NCBI GenBank assembly: GCA_007693605.1
Contig: REDG01000021.1
Location: 1 to 42,721 of the forward strand
Reading direction: 5' to 3'
DNA length: 42,721 bases
Source: Bradymonadales bacterium
GTDB lineage: Bacteria > Bdellovibrionota > UBA2394
Both the position numbers and the translations under genes were made by a program. Position 1 is the stretch's first letter. Each line of letters opens with the position of its first letter. Shown one piece after another: positions 1-9,889 of the stretch. The notes beneath the pieces are model-generated. The model was given only the letters and a program-made list of their open reading frames with translations. It had not been told where the DNA came from and did not search any database.

Positions 1-43
1 TTTTTTCTGGGTGGGGTGGGTATACTAATGTGCCTTATTAGCC

Positions 44-823
44 TCAAAATTTTGTTTTTTTTTCTGCCATTTCGGCCCCCCGACCCCGCAAACTTAGCCC
101 AAGGCCAAGAGATCTCTCTCGTCGCAAATCCCCGAAATATTCTCGATAAGCCACTCGAAAGCTCACAAACTCAGAGATCTGAAAGCTCTGCAGAAGAGCC
201 ACGGCAAAGAACTCATCGAAAACCGCATCCCCCTCATCGGCACGACCTCCCGAAAGATAAACTCTCGTGCCAAGCTGACTAGACCAGGTCACAAAAAACC
301 CTCCGATAAAGGAAAGGTTCTGGCTCGGCTTAAGACTCCAGTTTGTCCGAAACAAAAGCTGAACTTGATCAGAAGCTGAAAACAAAAAGCCGGGCTGAAG
401 CGATAGACTGTTTTCCGCCTGATAATTTCTGAACTCCACGACCTGAAAGAATTCAAAAGAACGGTAGATGATATGCATCGAAGTCTTGGCTTGCCAGCGC
501 GCTAGGAAATCAGGACTAAAGCTGTGGGCTCCATCCAGTTCAAAAAAAATCTTAGATCCCGGCTTCCATCGACCTCCCAACTGAAGTTGATGGTCTTGAA
601 AGCTCTCCCCTAGATTAAAACTTCTCTCCTCCACGAGAAATCCCAATCGAACTTCCTGCCCTTTTGGAGTCTCTCTCGCAAAGCCTGTATTCAAAGACCA
701 TGAATCTCTCAGATCAGACCAAGCGAACTCTCCTGCCCACTCACTCCGAAAAGAGGTCGCCCCCAACTCAGCCTTCAGACAGACAAGAAAAAGAAACAAT
801 CCAATGCTGATTAAATACCTCAT
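44..823 (-). CDS. Outer-membrane beta-barrel protein, YaiO-like
   Basis: Likely start is ATG at 823 after GAAGAGG, with signal peptide MRYLISIGLFLFLVCLKA. Alternating aromatic/hydrophobic beta-strands run throughout. The ORF-track start at 955 looks over-extended. Confidence 0.6.
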   Translation of the reverse strand: MRYLISIGLFLFLVCLKAELGATSFRSEWAGEFAWSDLRDSWSLNTGFARETPKGQEVRLGFLVEERSFNLGESFQDHQLQLGGRWKPGSKIFFELDGAHSFSPDFLARWQAKTSMHIIYRSFEFFQVVEFRNYQAENSLSLQPGFLFSASDQVQLLFRTNWSLKPSQNLSFIGGFFVTWSSQLGTRVYLSGGRADEGDAVFDEFFAVALLQSFQISEFVSFRVAYREYFGDLRRERSLGLGLSLRGRGAEMAEKKTKF

Positions 824-994
824 CCAAACCTCTTCTCCCTTTCTGACTACAAGCTCCCCTGGCCCCTGGCAAACTGTGAATGCATTCTCACAGCCCCATT
901 CGGCAAATCGTGACCAGCCCGACACAGGAGCATCCAAACAAGCGGACAAAAGCAAGGATTCAACTTGGCATGATTCATGAAGGTCTTGATCTTC

Positions 995-2599
995 ATGAAC
1001 ACGAGCACTCGAGCAATTTCAATTCTAAGCCTTGTCTTTGGGCTTCTGGCATGCGGGGACGGCATAGAGCGTCAAGAAGCTGACGGCGGCGCCCAAAATC
1101 CGACGCAAAACACCGAGTTCGACGAAGGCGGGGAGTTCCAGACCGGACTTCATCCCAGACTGCAGCTGAAAGACAGCCCCCTCTCTCTAAAGGCCAAGGG
1201 GATTGAGAGCCGACTCTTCTCAGTTCAGTCGTTAGATCGATCATCAGGCCTAAGCTTCCATTATTTGGCCTCAGCCTCTCCGCCTCTCGATCCCAACAGT
1301 CAGAAACCGCTTCAAGCGACCAATTTCGCCTTCGCTAACAGTCTCGTGATCGTCAGCTATATGATGGCGGGTCCGGAACGCATCGGCGCTATTGATCTGG
1401 TCGAGCTGGGAGAAAAGAATTGGGCAAATATTCGATCGAGTTTGATTTTTGAGGATGCTGAGTTTGCAGACCTCAAAGTGAAGGACGATTTCGTCTTCGC
1501 AGTCGGTGCCGATGCAGAGGGAGCGGTTCTTGTGGTCATCGACATCTCGAATACAAAAGAACCCTCTGAAGTCTCTCGAGTTTCCTTGCCTGGACATTTC
1601 GCAACCAGCATCGAGCTTGATGATGATCGAATATTCGTCAGTTCCGGCGACAATGCAGGCGTCTTAGAGCTCTCGATTAAGTCTCCTAAGGACCCTCAAC
1701 TCATCCAATTTGATCCTCTCATCAACAGTCTCTCGATCCAAAGCTTCCATTCCAACATTTTGGGAATGGGCGGTGAGAACTTTACGGGAATCTTTCGTCT
1801 CGATTCTAAGGGACCAAGCTGGATGTTGAAACTGGGGTCTGAGTCGGAAGCTCCGGCTCGATTTGCGATCTCTAACCACCTTCTCCTTACGAACGCGGTC
1901 GACGGGAAACTGATCATTTCGAAAGTTTCGAAAGAGCTCGATTCCGCCAAGATTCTTCATGAGGTCGAGCTCTCAGGAACAGGTAATGCGATCGACATGG
2001 CCCATCGATACGCCTTCTTAGCCCAAGGCGAAGAAGGTCTACAGGTGTGGGATGTGAAGGAAGCCTTTAAGCCTAGCTTTTTGGGCGGCCTACACTTTCC
2101 GAACGAGTCTGCCAGCACGAACCAAGTTCGATATGGCGTACTCAACGATCGGCCCTATATCTTCTTAGCGGACGGTCGTGGAGGCTTTCGCGTGATTTCA
2201 TTTGAAATGAAATGGTCCATGACGGCCTCCAAAGCCTACAACCCCTCTAGGTTTTATGATGATCTTGTCCTTGTGAACGCTCCCAGCGTCTTCAAGATTC
2301 CTGAGAGCCTACCTGTGACTCATGGAAACGCCGGAAACCACAAGGCCTTCTTGCAATTCGATGACATTCTTTGTGTCTATCAAGGGGGTTCTGCCCAAGC
2401 GAAGCCCAATCCAAAGAATCCCGCGCAATGGGGTCGGGGCCTTGAATACAAGTTCAGGGAATGCTCCAACGGAATGATGGCGGGCGACCCCATTGAGGCC
2501 AGGGAAGAAATCTGGCTGCAGGTGAATCACGGGCACAATGAATTCTCGCCCACGACCATCCAATTCGAGCTGGAGTTTCTTCAGTATTCTGATAACTGA
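995..2599 (+). CDS. LVIVD-repeat lipoprotein with a Cys-containing C-terminal domain
   Basis: Lipobox LLA-C. LVIVD-type repeats include LVVIDISNTKEP, YAFLAQGEEGLQVWDV and YIFLADGRGGFRVI. Start is ATG 995 (or 977). Confidence 0.75.
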   Translation: MNTSTRAISILSLVFGLLACGDGIERQEADGGAQNPTQNTEFDEGGEFQTGLHPRLQLKDSPLSLKAKGIESRLFSVQSLDRSSGLSFHYLASASPPLDPNSQKPLQATNFAFANSLVIVSYMMAGPERIGAIDLVELGEKNWANIRSSLIFEDAEFADLKVKDDFVFAVGADAEGAVLVVIDISNTKEPSEVSRVSLPGHFATSIELDDDRIFVSSGDNAGVLELSIKSPKDPQLIQFDPLINSLSIQSFHSNILGMGGENFTGIFRLDSKGPSWMLKLGSESEAPARFAISNHLLLTNAVDGKLIISKVSKELDSAKILHEVELSGTGNAIDMAHRYAFLAQGEEGLQVWDVKEAFKPSFLGGLHFPNESASTNQVRYGVLNDRPYIFLADGRGGFRVISFEMKWSMTASKAYNPSRFYDDLVLVNAPSVFKIPESLPVTHGNAGNHKAFLQFDDILCVYQGGSAQAKPNPKNPAQWGRGLEYKFRECSNGMMAGDPIEAREEIWLQVNHGHNEFSPTTIQFELEFLQYSDN

Positions 2600-2604
2600 G
2601 AGAG

Positions 2605-2829
2605 ATGACTGAAGATTGTCGCCTCTACTTTTGGATGCCCCGAAACGAAGTGGCCTTTCTTCAGGCGATCGTCGATAGCCACGAACATCTCGCAAGAATT
2701 CGAACGGAGAGGAACGAATCCGATCGAGCCCTCATCGTCTTGATGTATGATGCGTCGCAACAGACTGAAATTCATGAGATGTCTCAAGGCTTTGAGGCCA
2801 GTCTCGGACAAAAGCTTGATTTCGTTTGA
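2605..2829 (+). CDS. DUF4911-like small protein
   Basis: The pattern PRNEVAFLQAIVDSHEHLARIRT and the 74-aa size match DUF4911 proteins. It starts 5 bp after the upstream stop. Confidence 0.65.
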   Translation: MTEDCRLYFWMPRNEVAFLQAIVDSHEHLARIRTERNESDRALIVLMYDASQQTEIHEMSQGFEASLGQKLDFV

Positions 2830-2873
2830 CCCACCGCCCCTTTTCTTTGTTTAATATCGTTAGGGGGGGGTGT

Positions 2874-3098
2874 ATGAATCTTAATCCAATCACTGAAGTT
2901 TCTGACCGATTGGGGCTGATTGACCAGCTTGTAGGGATCGGAATGAAGGCCGTCTACAACCGTGCCGCGCTAAGCGATGCGGAGATCAATCAAGCTTTGA
3001 GCGAAAGTGTTCGACATAAGCTCTTGAGTCCGGAAGAAAGCTACAAACTCAGAGATCTGATCTATCAGGCGGAAGCTCGCCAAGTCGGGCGAAGCTGA
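2874..3098 (+). CDS. Hypothetical small protein (74 aa)
   Basis: ATG at 2874 is preceded by a G-rich RBS-like run. The sequence is helical and fills an intergenic gap. Confidence 0.5.
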   Translation: MNLNPITEVSDRLGLIDQLVGIGMKAVYNRAALSDAEINQALSESVRHKLLSPEESYKLRDLIYQAEARQVGRS

Positions 3099-3145
3099 GA
3101 AGATTGTTGCCAAACTCCTGACTAAGCCACACTCCCATTGAATCG

Positions 3146-3164
3146 CTAGTGGTCCAACCGGTAA
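3146..3164 (+). repeat. Solo copy of the inner MITE end overlapping the panC stop
   Basis: CTAGTGGTCCAACCGGTAA is the exact reverse complement of 22022-22040. Confidence 0.7.
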
Positions 3165-4003
3165 GGCCCATCGGCTTTGTCGATACGCTTATCCAGATTG
3201 TCGATCAACCTTAAGCCCCTGAAACGAACGGCCGCCAACCATCGAACAGAGCCTCTCGACCTCGGCTCCTTGAGGTCCGGATCCCAAGACTCTAGATACT
3301 CCACCTGAAATCCCCTCTGCTGCAGAGCCTGTTTGGCCTCGGCAAGAGAAACAGAAGCCTTCAGGATCTGATAAAGCTGCGAAGCCTCCTTCTGCTGCTC
3401 CTGGTTTAGTCTTCGATTTCGAGAGGAAAGAGCAAGGCCGAGGGAATCTCTCTGGGTCGGAACTGGTCGAATCTTTACAGACAGTTGAAAGTCTCTTGCC
3501 AGAGTCTCCACGAGCTTGAGCTGCTGGTAATCCTTCTCACCAAAATAAGCCCGGTCTGGGCGACTCAACAAAAACAGTCGCAAAACCACATTGGCTACCC
3601 CGTCAAAGTGACCTGGCCTAATCTTTCCTTCCAACTCTTCTTCAAAAGACGAGGGCGGCTTAATCTCAAAACCTTCGCTCAAAGGATAAATTTCTTCCAA
3701 TCGCCTCGGCAAAAAGACGGCATCAACCCCCAAAGTCTTTGCGGCTTTTAAATCTTCTCGTTCAGTAACAGGATACTCCTGCAAGTCTGCCGCATCGTCA
3801 AACTGAGTTGGATTGACAAAAAGACTCAAAATGACTCGATCACACTCTTTGCGCGCTTTTCTCATTAGAGCAAAATGTCCTTCGTGAAGGCAGCCCATGG
3901 TGGGGACGAGCCCCACCCGCTCCTTCGACTTTAGATTAGACCTCCAGCGGATTAGCCTCTTTGAGTTCCGAAGAATTTTCATAGAACTTCTTTTAGATTT
4001 CAT
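3146..4003 (-). CDS. panC: Pantoate--beta-alanine ligase
   Basis: Motifs VPTMGCLHEGH, SLFVNPTQF, RPGHFDGVA, FGEKDYQQ, LALSSRN and RLIDN. Confidence 0.96.
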   Translation of the reverse strand: MKSKRSSMKILRNSKRLIRWRSNLKSKERVGLVPTMGCLHEGHFALMRKARKECDRVILSLFVNPTQFDDAADLQEYPVTEREDLKAAKTLGVDAVFLPRRLEEIYPLSEGFEIKPPSSFEEELEGKIRPGHFDGVANVVLRLFLLSRPDRAYFGEKDYQQLKLVETLARDFQLSVKIRPVPTQRDSLGLALSSRNRRLNQEQQKEASQLYQILKASVSLAEAKQALQQRGFQVEYLESWDPDLKEPRSRGSVRWLAAVRFRGLRLIDNLDKRIDKADGPYRLDH

Positions 4004-4013
4004 GGCCCAAGCT

Positions 4014-4766
4014 TCAATTATAAAAGTGCCCTTGATCAGGGTAACGAGATTCTCGAACCTCTGTTGAATAGCTCTTAACAGCTTGCTGTATTCTTTCGTA
4101 GGCTTGATCGTAGGTTTTCAGAAACTTTGGTCTAAAATCAGGATTCATTCCCAACAAATCGTATAGAACCAACACCTGACCGTCACAATGAGGACCCGAT
4201 CCGATTCCTATAGATGGAATCTTGATGACTTCTTGAATCCTCTGGGCCAAGCCCGAAGGGAGCATCTCTAAAACAATCATTTCTGCACCTGCCGCCTCTA
4301 GGTCCACAGCTTCTTGAATCAATCTCTCTGCGTCTTGGGGTTTCTTTCCCTGCAATTTGAATTCATGGATGCTCTGTGGGGTCAAACCAATATGTCCGCA
4401 AACTCGATAGCCCTTGCTCACAAGCGCTCGAACGATTTCCAAGACAGGCCCCTCTAGTTTCAAAATGTCCGCTCCCGCAGCCGTCATTTGTCTTGCTGAT
4501 TCTAGGGCCTGCTCGGGAGAATCATAGCTCCCCAACACAAAGTCCCCAAGAATCACCGGCCTTTGAGTAGCCGAAGAAGATTCGACCCCCCGTTTGACCG
4601 CCTGAATATGCCGAAGCATCTCTTCTAACTTCACATGGAAAGTCCCTTCATCGCCGTACAAGACCATGCCCAAGGAGTCTCCCACCAAAAGATAGTCGAC
4701 GGACTCAGAATCTGAAATGACTCTTGCAAAACTAAAGTCATAGCAAGTTAACATGACCTTTTTCAC
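4014..4766 (-). CDS. panB: 3-methyl-2-oxobutanoate hydroxymethyltransferase
   Basis: Motifs MLTCYD, LLVGDSLGMV, KLEG, GHIGLTPQS and IGIGSGPHCDGQVLV. Confidence 0.96.
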   Translation of the reverse strand: MKKVMLTCYDFSFARVISDSESVDYLLVGDSLGMVLYGDEGTFHVKLEEMLRHIQAVKRGVESSSATQRPVILGDFVLGSYDSPEQALESARQMTAAGADILKLEGPVLEIVRALVSKGYRVCGHIGLTPQSIHEFKLQGKKPQDAERLIQEAVDLEAAGAEMIVLEMLPSGLAQRIQEVIKIPSIGIGSGPHCDGQVLVLYDLLGMNPDFRPKFLKTYDQAYERIQQAVKSYSTEVRESRYPDQGHFYN

Positions 4767-5989
4767 GGCTCTAACTCTCGCAGCTCAGTCAACACCTTTC
4801 CTGCCAGATAAAACGAGCCAAACACCAACAAGCCACGACTCTCAAGTTTCCGCTGCTTCAAAAACTTTGAAAGCTCTAAAACCTGCTCAACAGAATCAAA
4901 GTTTCCAGCTTTCGAGAGCTTCAAACTCTCCATCAGGAGTATCGGCGACATCTCTCGTTCAGGGAAGAAGCTGGTCAAATACAGATTTCGAATTCTCCCT
5001 CGCATTGGGCCGAGAAGCTTCCTCCAGTCTTTGTCTTTCATACAACCAAAAAGAGCATCGAAGCTCTGCCCCTCAAAGTTTTGATCTAGAAACCGAGAAA
5101 GCGCTTCAATCGCCTCTTCGTTGTGGCCTCCGTCAATAATCCACTTTTCTCTATAGCTCTTTAGCTCCATCCGACCCGGAATCGAAACACTCGCCAAAGC
5201 CTTCAACTGATCCGAGAACTGAGGGGTCGATACCTGAGCCCTCTGGCACCAATCCTGAAAACTAAGAATCGCCAGTCGCAAATTGCGCCATTGATGCTCC
5301 CCCACCAAGGGAAAGCTGCGGCGCAGTTCAGACTCCCAATCCATTTGAGCAAACTCTCGGGGGCAGTGACGCAATTCAACGCCTAAATCTTTCGCCCAAA
5401 TCTTCAGGCCCTTGGTCACCACCAAAGGGAGTTCAGCCGCACACCAAAAGGGCTTTCCGGGTCTGGCAATCCCAAACTTTTCCTGCGCGATCTCTAACAG
5501 GGTATCGCCCAAAAGATTTTGATGATCATATGAAAGGCTCGTCAGAATCGAAAGGTCTGGTGCACAAAGATTCGTGGCATCGAGTCGTCCACCGACTCCC
5601 ACTTCGACAATTTGTACATCCACCTTTTCTTCTCGAAATCTCAAAAATGCCAGGGCCGTCATTCTCTCGAAAAAGCTCAAGGGCTCAAGAATCTCGCGAA
5701 CATCGACTTCCCACTTTGAAAGCTCGTCTTCGGTTGAAGAACGAAGGTCAATCTGAATTCGCTCCCCTCTTTCGTAAACATGAGGAGACACGAAGGTCCC
5801 CACCTTCCAACCTAAAAGCCGGAACAAAGCGGTGAGGTAGTAGCAAAGGCTGCCCTTAGCGTTAGTGCCGGTGACCAGAATTGTGGGGCGACCTAACTGC
5901 GGCTGCCCAAGAGCCTCCAAGGCTTTTTCCATCGCATCGAGTTTGTAAAACTCCTTTGAGGCAACATCGAATTTCTGAAAATCTAGCAT
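4763..5989 (-). CDS. folC: Folylpolyglutamate synthase/dihydrofolate synthase
   Basis: Motifs VTGTNAKGS, SPH, EVGVGGRLDATN and DGGHN; typical accD-folC synteny. Confidence 0.93.
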   Translation of the reverse strand: MLDFQKFDVASKEFYKLDAMEKALEALGQPQLGRPTILVTGTNAKGSLCYYLTALFRLLGWKVGTFVSPHVYERGERIQIDLRSSTEDELSKWEVDVREILEPLSFFERMTALAFLRFREEKVDVQIVEVGVGGRLDATNLCAPDLSILTSLSYDHQNLLGDTLLEIAQEKFGIARPGKPFWCAAELPLVVTKGLKIWAKDLGVELRHCPREFAQMDWESELRRSFPLVGEHQWRNLRLAILSFQDWCQRAQVSTPQFSDQLKALASVSIPGRMELKSYREKWIIDGGHNEEAIEALSRFLDQNFEGQSFDALFGCMKDKDWRKLLGPMRGRIRNLYLTSFFPEREMSPILLMESLKLSKAGNFDSVEQVLELSKFLKQRKLESRGLLVFGSFYLAGKVLTELRELEP

Positions 5990-6858
5990 TGAATTTGATG
6001 ACTTAAGAGGCGAAATATTCGAGTCAAGGTTTTACGATGTTCTCGTCGGTCTACAATCAGATCAATCATTCCATGCTCCAGCAAAAAGTCAGAGCGCTGA
6101 AAGCCCTCGGGCAACTTCTGGCGAATCGTCTGCTCAATCACCCTAGGCCCCGCAAATCCGATCAAAGCGTCTGGCTCAGCAATCTGAATGTCTCCCAGCA
6201 TGGCGAAACTGGCGGCCACGCCTCCTGTCGTAGGATGGGCCAAAATGGACACATAGGGAATACCTGCTGCCTTCAAACGACTGAGAGCTGCACAAGACTT
6301 AGCCATCTGAAGCAATGAGAAAATCCCCTCCTGCATTCGGGCTCCCCCACTCGATGAAATCACAATGGCCGGACAAGACTTTTTTAACGCATTTTCGAAG
6401 CATCGAGTGACTTTCTCGCCCACCACGCTCCCCATGCTTCCGCCCATAAACTCAAAGTGAAACACACAAATTGAAACCGGAATCGACTCGATCGTGGCAT
6501 CGCCCCAGAGGGCGGCCTCCGGCTCCCCACTGCGAGCTTCAGACTCCTTCAATCTCGTCTCATAGCTCTTCTGATCTTGAAACTTCAAAGGGTCGGAGGT
6601 TCGGAGGTCCGGATCTCTCTCCACAAAACTTCCGGGATCGCAGAGAGAGGCCAGTCTCTCTCTGGCGGGCATCACAAAATGAGCCCCGCACTTCAAGCAA
6701 ATATGATCATTTCTCTCAATCTCCAGTCGATACAAGATGGCGCCGCATTGAACACATTTGGTCCACAGCGAACTGCCCTTCTCAGGCGCCTTGGGGGCCT
6801 TCACTTGAATGCCTGGGGATTTGAGCTGTTCTCTCCAACTCATAAGTTCGAGAGACAC
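5983..6858 (-). CDS. accD: Acetyl-CoA carboxylase carboxyltransferase beta subunit
   Basis: Zn finger WTKCVQC...CLKC, FMGGSMGSVVGEK, SGGARMQEG and GFAGPRVIEQT. The start may be ATG 6843. Confidence 0.97.
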   Translation of the reverse strand: MSLELMSWREQLKSPGIQVKAPKAPEKGSSLWTKCVQCGAILYRLEIERNDHICLKCGAHFVMPARERLASLCDPGSFVERDPDLRTSDPLKFQDQKSYETRLKESEARSGEPEAALWGDATIESIPVSICVFHFEFMGGSMGSVVGEKVTRCFENALKKSCPAIVISSSGGARMQEGIFSLLQMAKSCAALSRLKAAGIPYVSILAHPTTGGVAASFAMLGDIQIAEPDALIGFAGPRVIEQTIRQKLPEGFQRSDFLLEHGMIDLIVDRREHRKTLTRIFRLLSHQIQC

Positions 6859-6979
6859 TCAATAAGAAGGCCCTTGGGGGGTCAAGCCCTTTGTTGGACC
6901 ACTAGAATCGCCAACCAAGCACGAAGATAGGGATCAAAACCTTTTCTTTGACCTCCAACTATGGGATTGAATTAGGGTT

Positions 6980-8656
6980 ATGAGTCGACAAATCATCTTT
7001 ACCCTCAAGAATCTCAATAAGATCGTCCCCCCCAAGAAACATATTCTGAAGGATATCTATCTCTCCTTTTATTACGGAGCGAAGATCGGAGTCCTTGGGG
7101 CCAACGGTTCGGGAAAGTCTTCCCTGCTCAAAATTATTGCGGGGCTCGATCAGGATTATGATGGAGAAGTTCTCAAGTCAGAGGGCTACTCGGTGGGAAT
7201 TCTGCTTCAGGAACCCCCCCTCGATGAAGACAAAACGGTCGGTGAGAATGTTGCGCTAGGAATGAAAGAAACGGGAGCTCTGTTGAAACAGTTTCAAGAG
7301 ATCAATGAAAGCTTCGCTAACGAGATGAGCCCGGAAGAAATGGAAAAGCTTTTAGAGAAACAGGCGGAGCTTCAGGCGAAGATTGATGCTTGTCAGGGCT
7401 GGGATATGGAACGCAGTCTTGAAATGGCAACTCAAGCTTTGCGGCTTCCCCCCTTGGACTCGCCTGTCAAACACCTCTCAGGGGGAGAGAGAAGACGAGT
7501 GGCTCTTTGTCGGCTTCTTTTGGAAGCTCCGGACATTCTGTTGTTAGATGAGCCCACCAACCATTTAGATGCAGAGTCGGTTGCCTGGCTTGAGCAGCAA
7601 CTGAAGAATTATAAGGGCACGGTCATCTCGGTGACGCATGACCGCTATTTCTTAGACAATATCGCTGGCTGGATTTTGGAACTCGATCGCGGCAGCGGTA
7701 TTCCGTTTGAAGGAAACTACACGGCTTGGCTGAAGCAAAAGGAAGAAAGGCTTCGCTTGGAGCAGAAGTCAGAACAAAGCCGAGCCAAAACGCTTCAAAG
7801 AGAGCTTGAGTGGATCAATCAAAGCCCTGCCGCAAGACGAGCAAAATCGAAGGCCCGTATCACCGCCTACGAGAAGATGCTCGCCGAAGGGGGGCAAGAC
7901 GACATCAAAGATCTTCAGCTTTATATTCCCCCAGGGCCTCGCCTAGGCAATACGGTGGTCGAGTTCAAGAATGTTCGAAAGGCCTATGGTGATCGTTTGC
8001 TCATTGAAGACTTGAGCTTTTCTCTGCCCAGAGGGGGTATTGTCGGAGTCATTGGACCAAACGGTGCCGGAAAGACCACGCTTTTTCGAATGATTATTGG
8101 AACAGAGAAGCCGGATTCAGGGGAGCTGCTTGTCGGAGAGACCGTCAAACTCGCCTATGCCGAGCAAACCCGTGAAAGTCTGAGCTCTGATAAGTCCATC
8201 TGGGAAGAAATCTCAGGCGGAGACGATGTGATTAAACTCGGCAAACAAGAGCTCAATAGCCGAGCTTATGTTTCTCGGTTTAATTTTTCTGGGGATGACC
8301 AGCAAAAGAAGGTCGGGGTTCTCTCGGGCGGAGAGAGAAATCGAGTTCAACTCGCCAAGATGCTAAGAGAAGGCTCGAATGTTCTTCTTTTAGATGAGCC
8401 CTCCAACGACCTTGATGTTCACACCCTTCGAGCCCTTGAAGAGGCCCTTCAGCATTTTGCCGGTTGTGCCGTGGTGATCTCCCATGATCGCTGGTTTCTA
8501 GATCGAATTTGCACGGCCATTCTTGCCTTCGAAGGAGACTCTCAGGTCGTCTATTTTGAAGGCAACTACTCAGACTATGAAGAGGACCGAAAGAAGCGTT
8601 TGGGTAAAGATGCGACGCCTAAGCCTATTCGCTACAAGCCACTTAAAGTGGCCTGA
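6980..8656 (+). CDS. ettA: Energy-dependent translational throttle ABC-F protein
   Basis: Two ABC domains (GANGSGKS and GPNGAGKT; LSGGE twice; LLLDEP twice), plus EttA-typical VPPKKHILKDIYLSF and RELEWI...ARRAKSKAR. Confidence 0.95.
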   Translation: MSRQIIFTLKNLNKIVPPKKHILKDIYLSFYYGAKIGVLGANGSGKSSLLKIIAGLDQDYDGEVLKSEGYSVGILLQEPPLDEDKTVGENVALGMKETGALLKQFQEINESFANEMSPEEMEKLLEKQAELQAKIDACQGWDMERSLEMATQALRLPPLDSPVKHLSGGERRRVALCRLLLEAPDILLLDEPTNHLDAESVAWLEQQLKNYKGTVISVTHDRYFLDNIAGWILELDRGSGIPFEGNYTAWLKQKEERLRLEQKSEQSRAKTLQRELEWINQSPAARRAKSKARITAYEKMLAEGGQDDIKDLQLYIPPGPRLGNTVVEFKNVRKAYGDRLLIEDLSFSLPRGGIVGVIGPNGAGKTTLFRMIIGTEKPDSGELLVGETVKLAYAEQTRESLSSDKSIWEEISGGDDVIKLGKQELNSRAYVSRFNFSGDDQQKKVGVLSGGERNRVQLAKMLREGSNVLLLDEPSNDLDVHTLRALEEALQHFAGCAVVISHDRWFLDRICTAILAFEGDSQVVYFEGNYSDYEEDRKKRLGKDATPKPIRYKPLKVA

Positions 8657-8712
8657 GGGGAGTGTCGCTAAAGGCCCATCTGCCCCTGATTTCAGGTCGC
8701 CCTTTTGTCGAC
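8657..8712 (+). repeat. REP/MITE-like repeat end (GGGAGTGTCGCTAAAGGCCCATCTGC family)
   Basis: 8666-8699 matches the reverse complement of 21697-21730 at 32/34 nt. 8658-8678 is the exact reverse complement of 21176-21196. It begins immediately after the ettA stop codon. Confidence 0.8.
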
Positions 8713-8785
8713 CTGGTTTGAGGATGGCCGATTTGAGCCCTGATTCCGCTTGATTTTTGGAGCCTTGGGTGACAAGTAGAGGCCT

Positions 8786-8995
8786 ATGGCAAGCAAACAA
8801 AAATTCCCCTGGGCCGAAGTGATTTCAGAATCGAATGATGAAAAGTTTGACCAACGCTTGGTTGAGAAGAAACTTTCTGACGGCTTTATGGAAAAAGCAG
8901 AGGCAGAAGCTTTCATGAGCCGTCTACCGGAAGAAACGGAATACGACTTTACGGACGCGGAAGCTCTGGACGCTGAAGAAGCTCCTCAAGATTGA
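8786..8995 (+). CDS. Small acidic conserved hypothetical protein
   Basis: RBS AGAGG before the ATG. The pattern FDQRLVEKKLSDG...FMSRLPE resembles small deltaproteobacterial conserved proteins. Overlaps the dapF 3' end by 47 bp. Confidence 0.6.
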   Translation: MASKQKFPWAEVISESNDEKFDQRLVEKKLSDGFMEKAEAEAFMSRLPEETEYDFTDAEALDAEEAPQD

Positions 8996-9845
8996 ACTTT
9001 CCTCGATCCACCCATTCGGCTTCTCCGGTCAGATAGACTTCTTTAAGGCCGTCCCAATCTACTTGAAGCCGACCCCCCTGAAGTTGGATTTGAACGGGAC
9101 TATCCATTCGGTTTCTCATGATCAGACTCACCCCAACCGCGCAAGCACCGGTGCCGCAGGCTTTGGTTTCGCCGGAGCCTCGCTCCCAAGTTCTTTGGTG
9201 CACCTCTAAGCCTTTCACCTCAATGAATTCGACATTCGTTCCTTCTGGAAAGGCCTCGTGAGATTCAATTTGAACTCCAAATCGCGGAACATCGAAGTTC
9301 GCAAGATCGGCCACTTCGATCACGGCATGCGGATTGCCCATCGAGACACAGGTCATCTTAAAGTGCTGATCTTGAATGACGAACTCTTCATCGACCACCA
9401 TCACATCATCAAACAAGACAGGAATCTTGTGCGGCAAAAAACTGGGTCGCCCCATATTCGCCCGCACCACACAGCGCTGAGGATTGAGAATCTCAATGAT
9501 TTCACAGGCGCGAAGTCCCGCCCGAGTCTCGATCTTCAGTTCTCGCTTGGCCCCATGAGTCAAATCGTGAGCCATCTTGGCGGCCGCCCGTAAACCGTTG
9601 CCGCACATCTCGGCCTCTGAACCGTCTGCATTGAAGATCTTCATTTGAAAATCAGCCTCCGAATTGGCTTCAGGAGGCAACAGCAGAATCAAGCCATCGG
9701 CCCCATACGGGCCCTTTCTGTCTGAGAGGCTTCGAGCCAGCTTGGCCCAAGCCATCTCGGCGGGAGGCTCCAAGCCGGAAAATGCGAAATCCAAATAAAT
9801 GAAATCGTTTTGACAGCCTTGCAATTTTTGATATTGCATCTCCAT
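8949..9845 (-). CDS. dapF: Diaminopimelate epimerase
   Basis: Motifs KLQGCQNDF, NADGSEAEMCGNG, SMGNPH, NVEF and ERGSGETKACGTGACA. Confidence 0.96.
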   Translation of the reverse strand: MEMQYQKLQGCQNDFIYLDFAFSGLEPPAEMAWAKLARSLSDRKGPYGADGLILLLPPEANSEADFQMKIFNADGSEAEMCGNGLRAAAKMAHDLTHGAKRELKIETRAGLRACEIIEILNPQRCVVRANMGRPSFLPHKIPVLFDDVMVVDEEFVIQDQHFKMTCVSMGNPHAVIEVADLANFDVPRFGVQIESHEAFPEGTNVEFIEVKGLEVHQRTWERGSGETKACGTGACAVGVSLIMRNRMDSPVQIQLQGGRLQVDWDGLKEVYLTGEAEWVDRGKFNLEELLQRPELPRP

Positions 9846-9889
9846 TAAGATTGGACTCTCCTTTTAAAGATTTCTAGATTAACACTAGC

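Noticed and set aside
2863..2870. G8 tract as a phase-variation switch
   Set aside because: It is short and adequately explained as a G-rich ribosome-binding site. There is no evidence of length variation.
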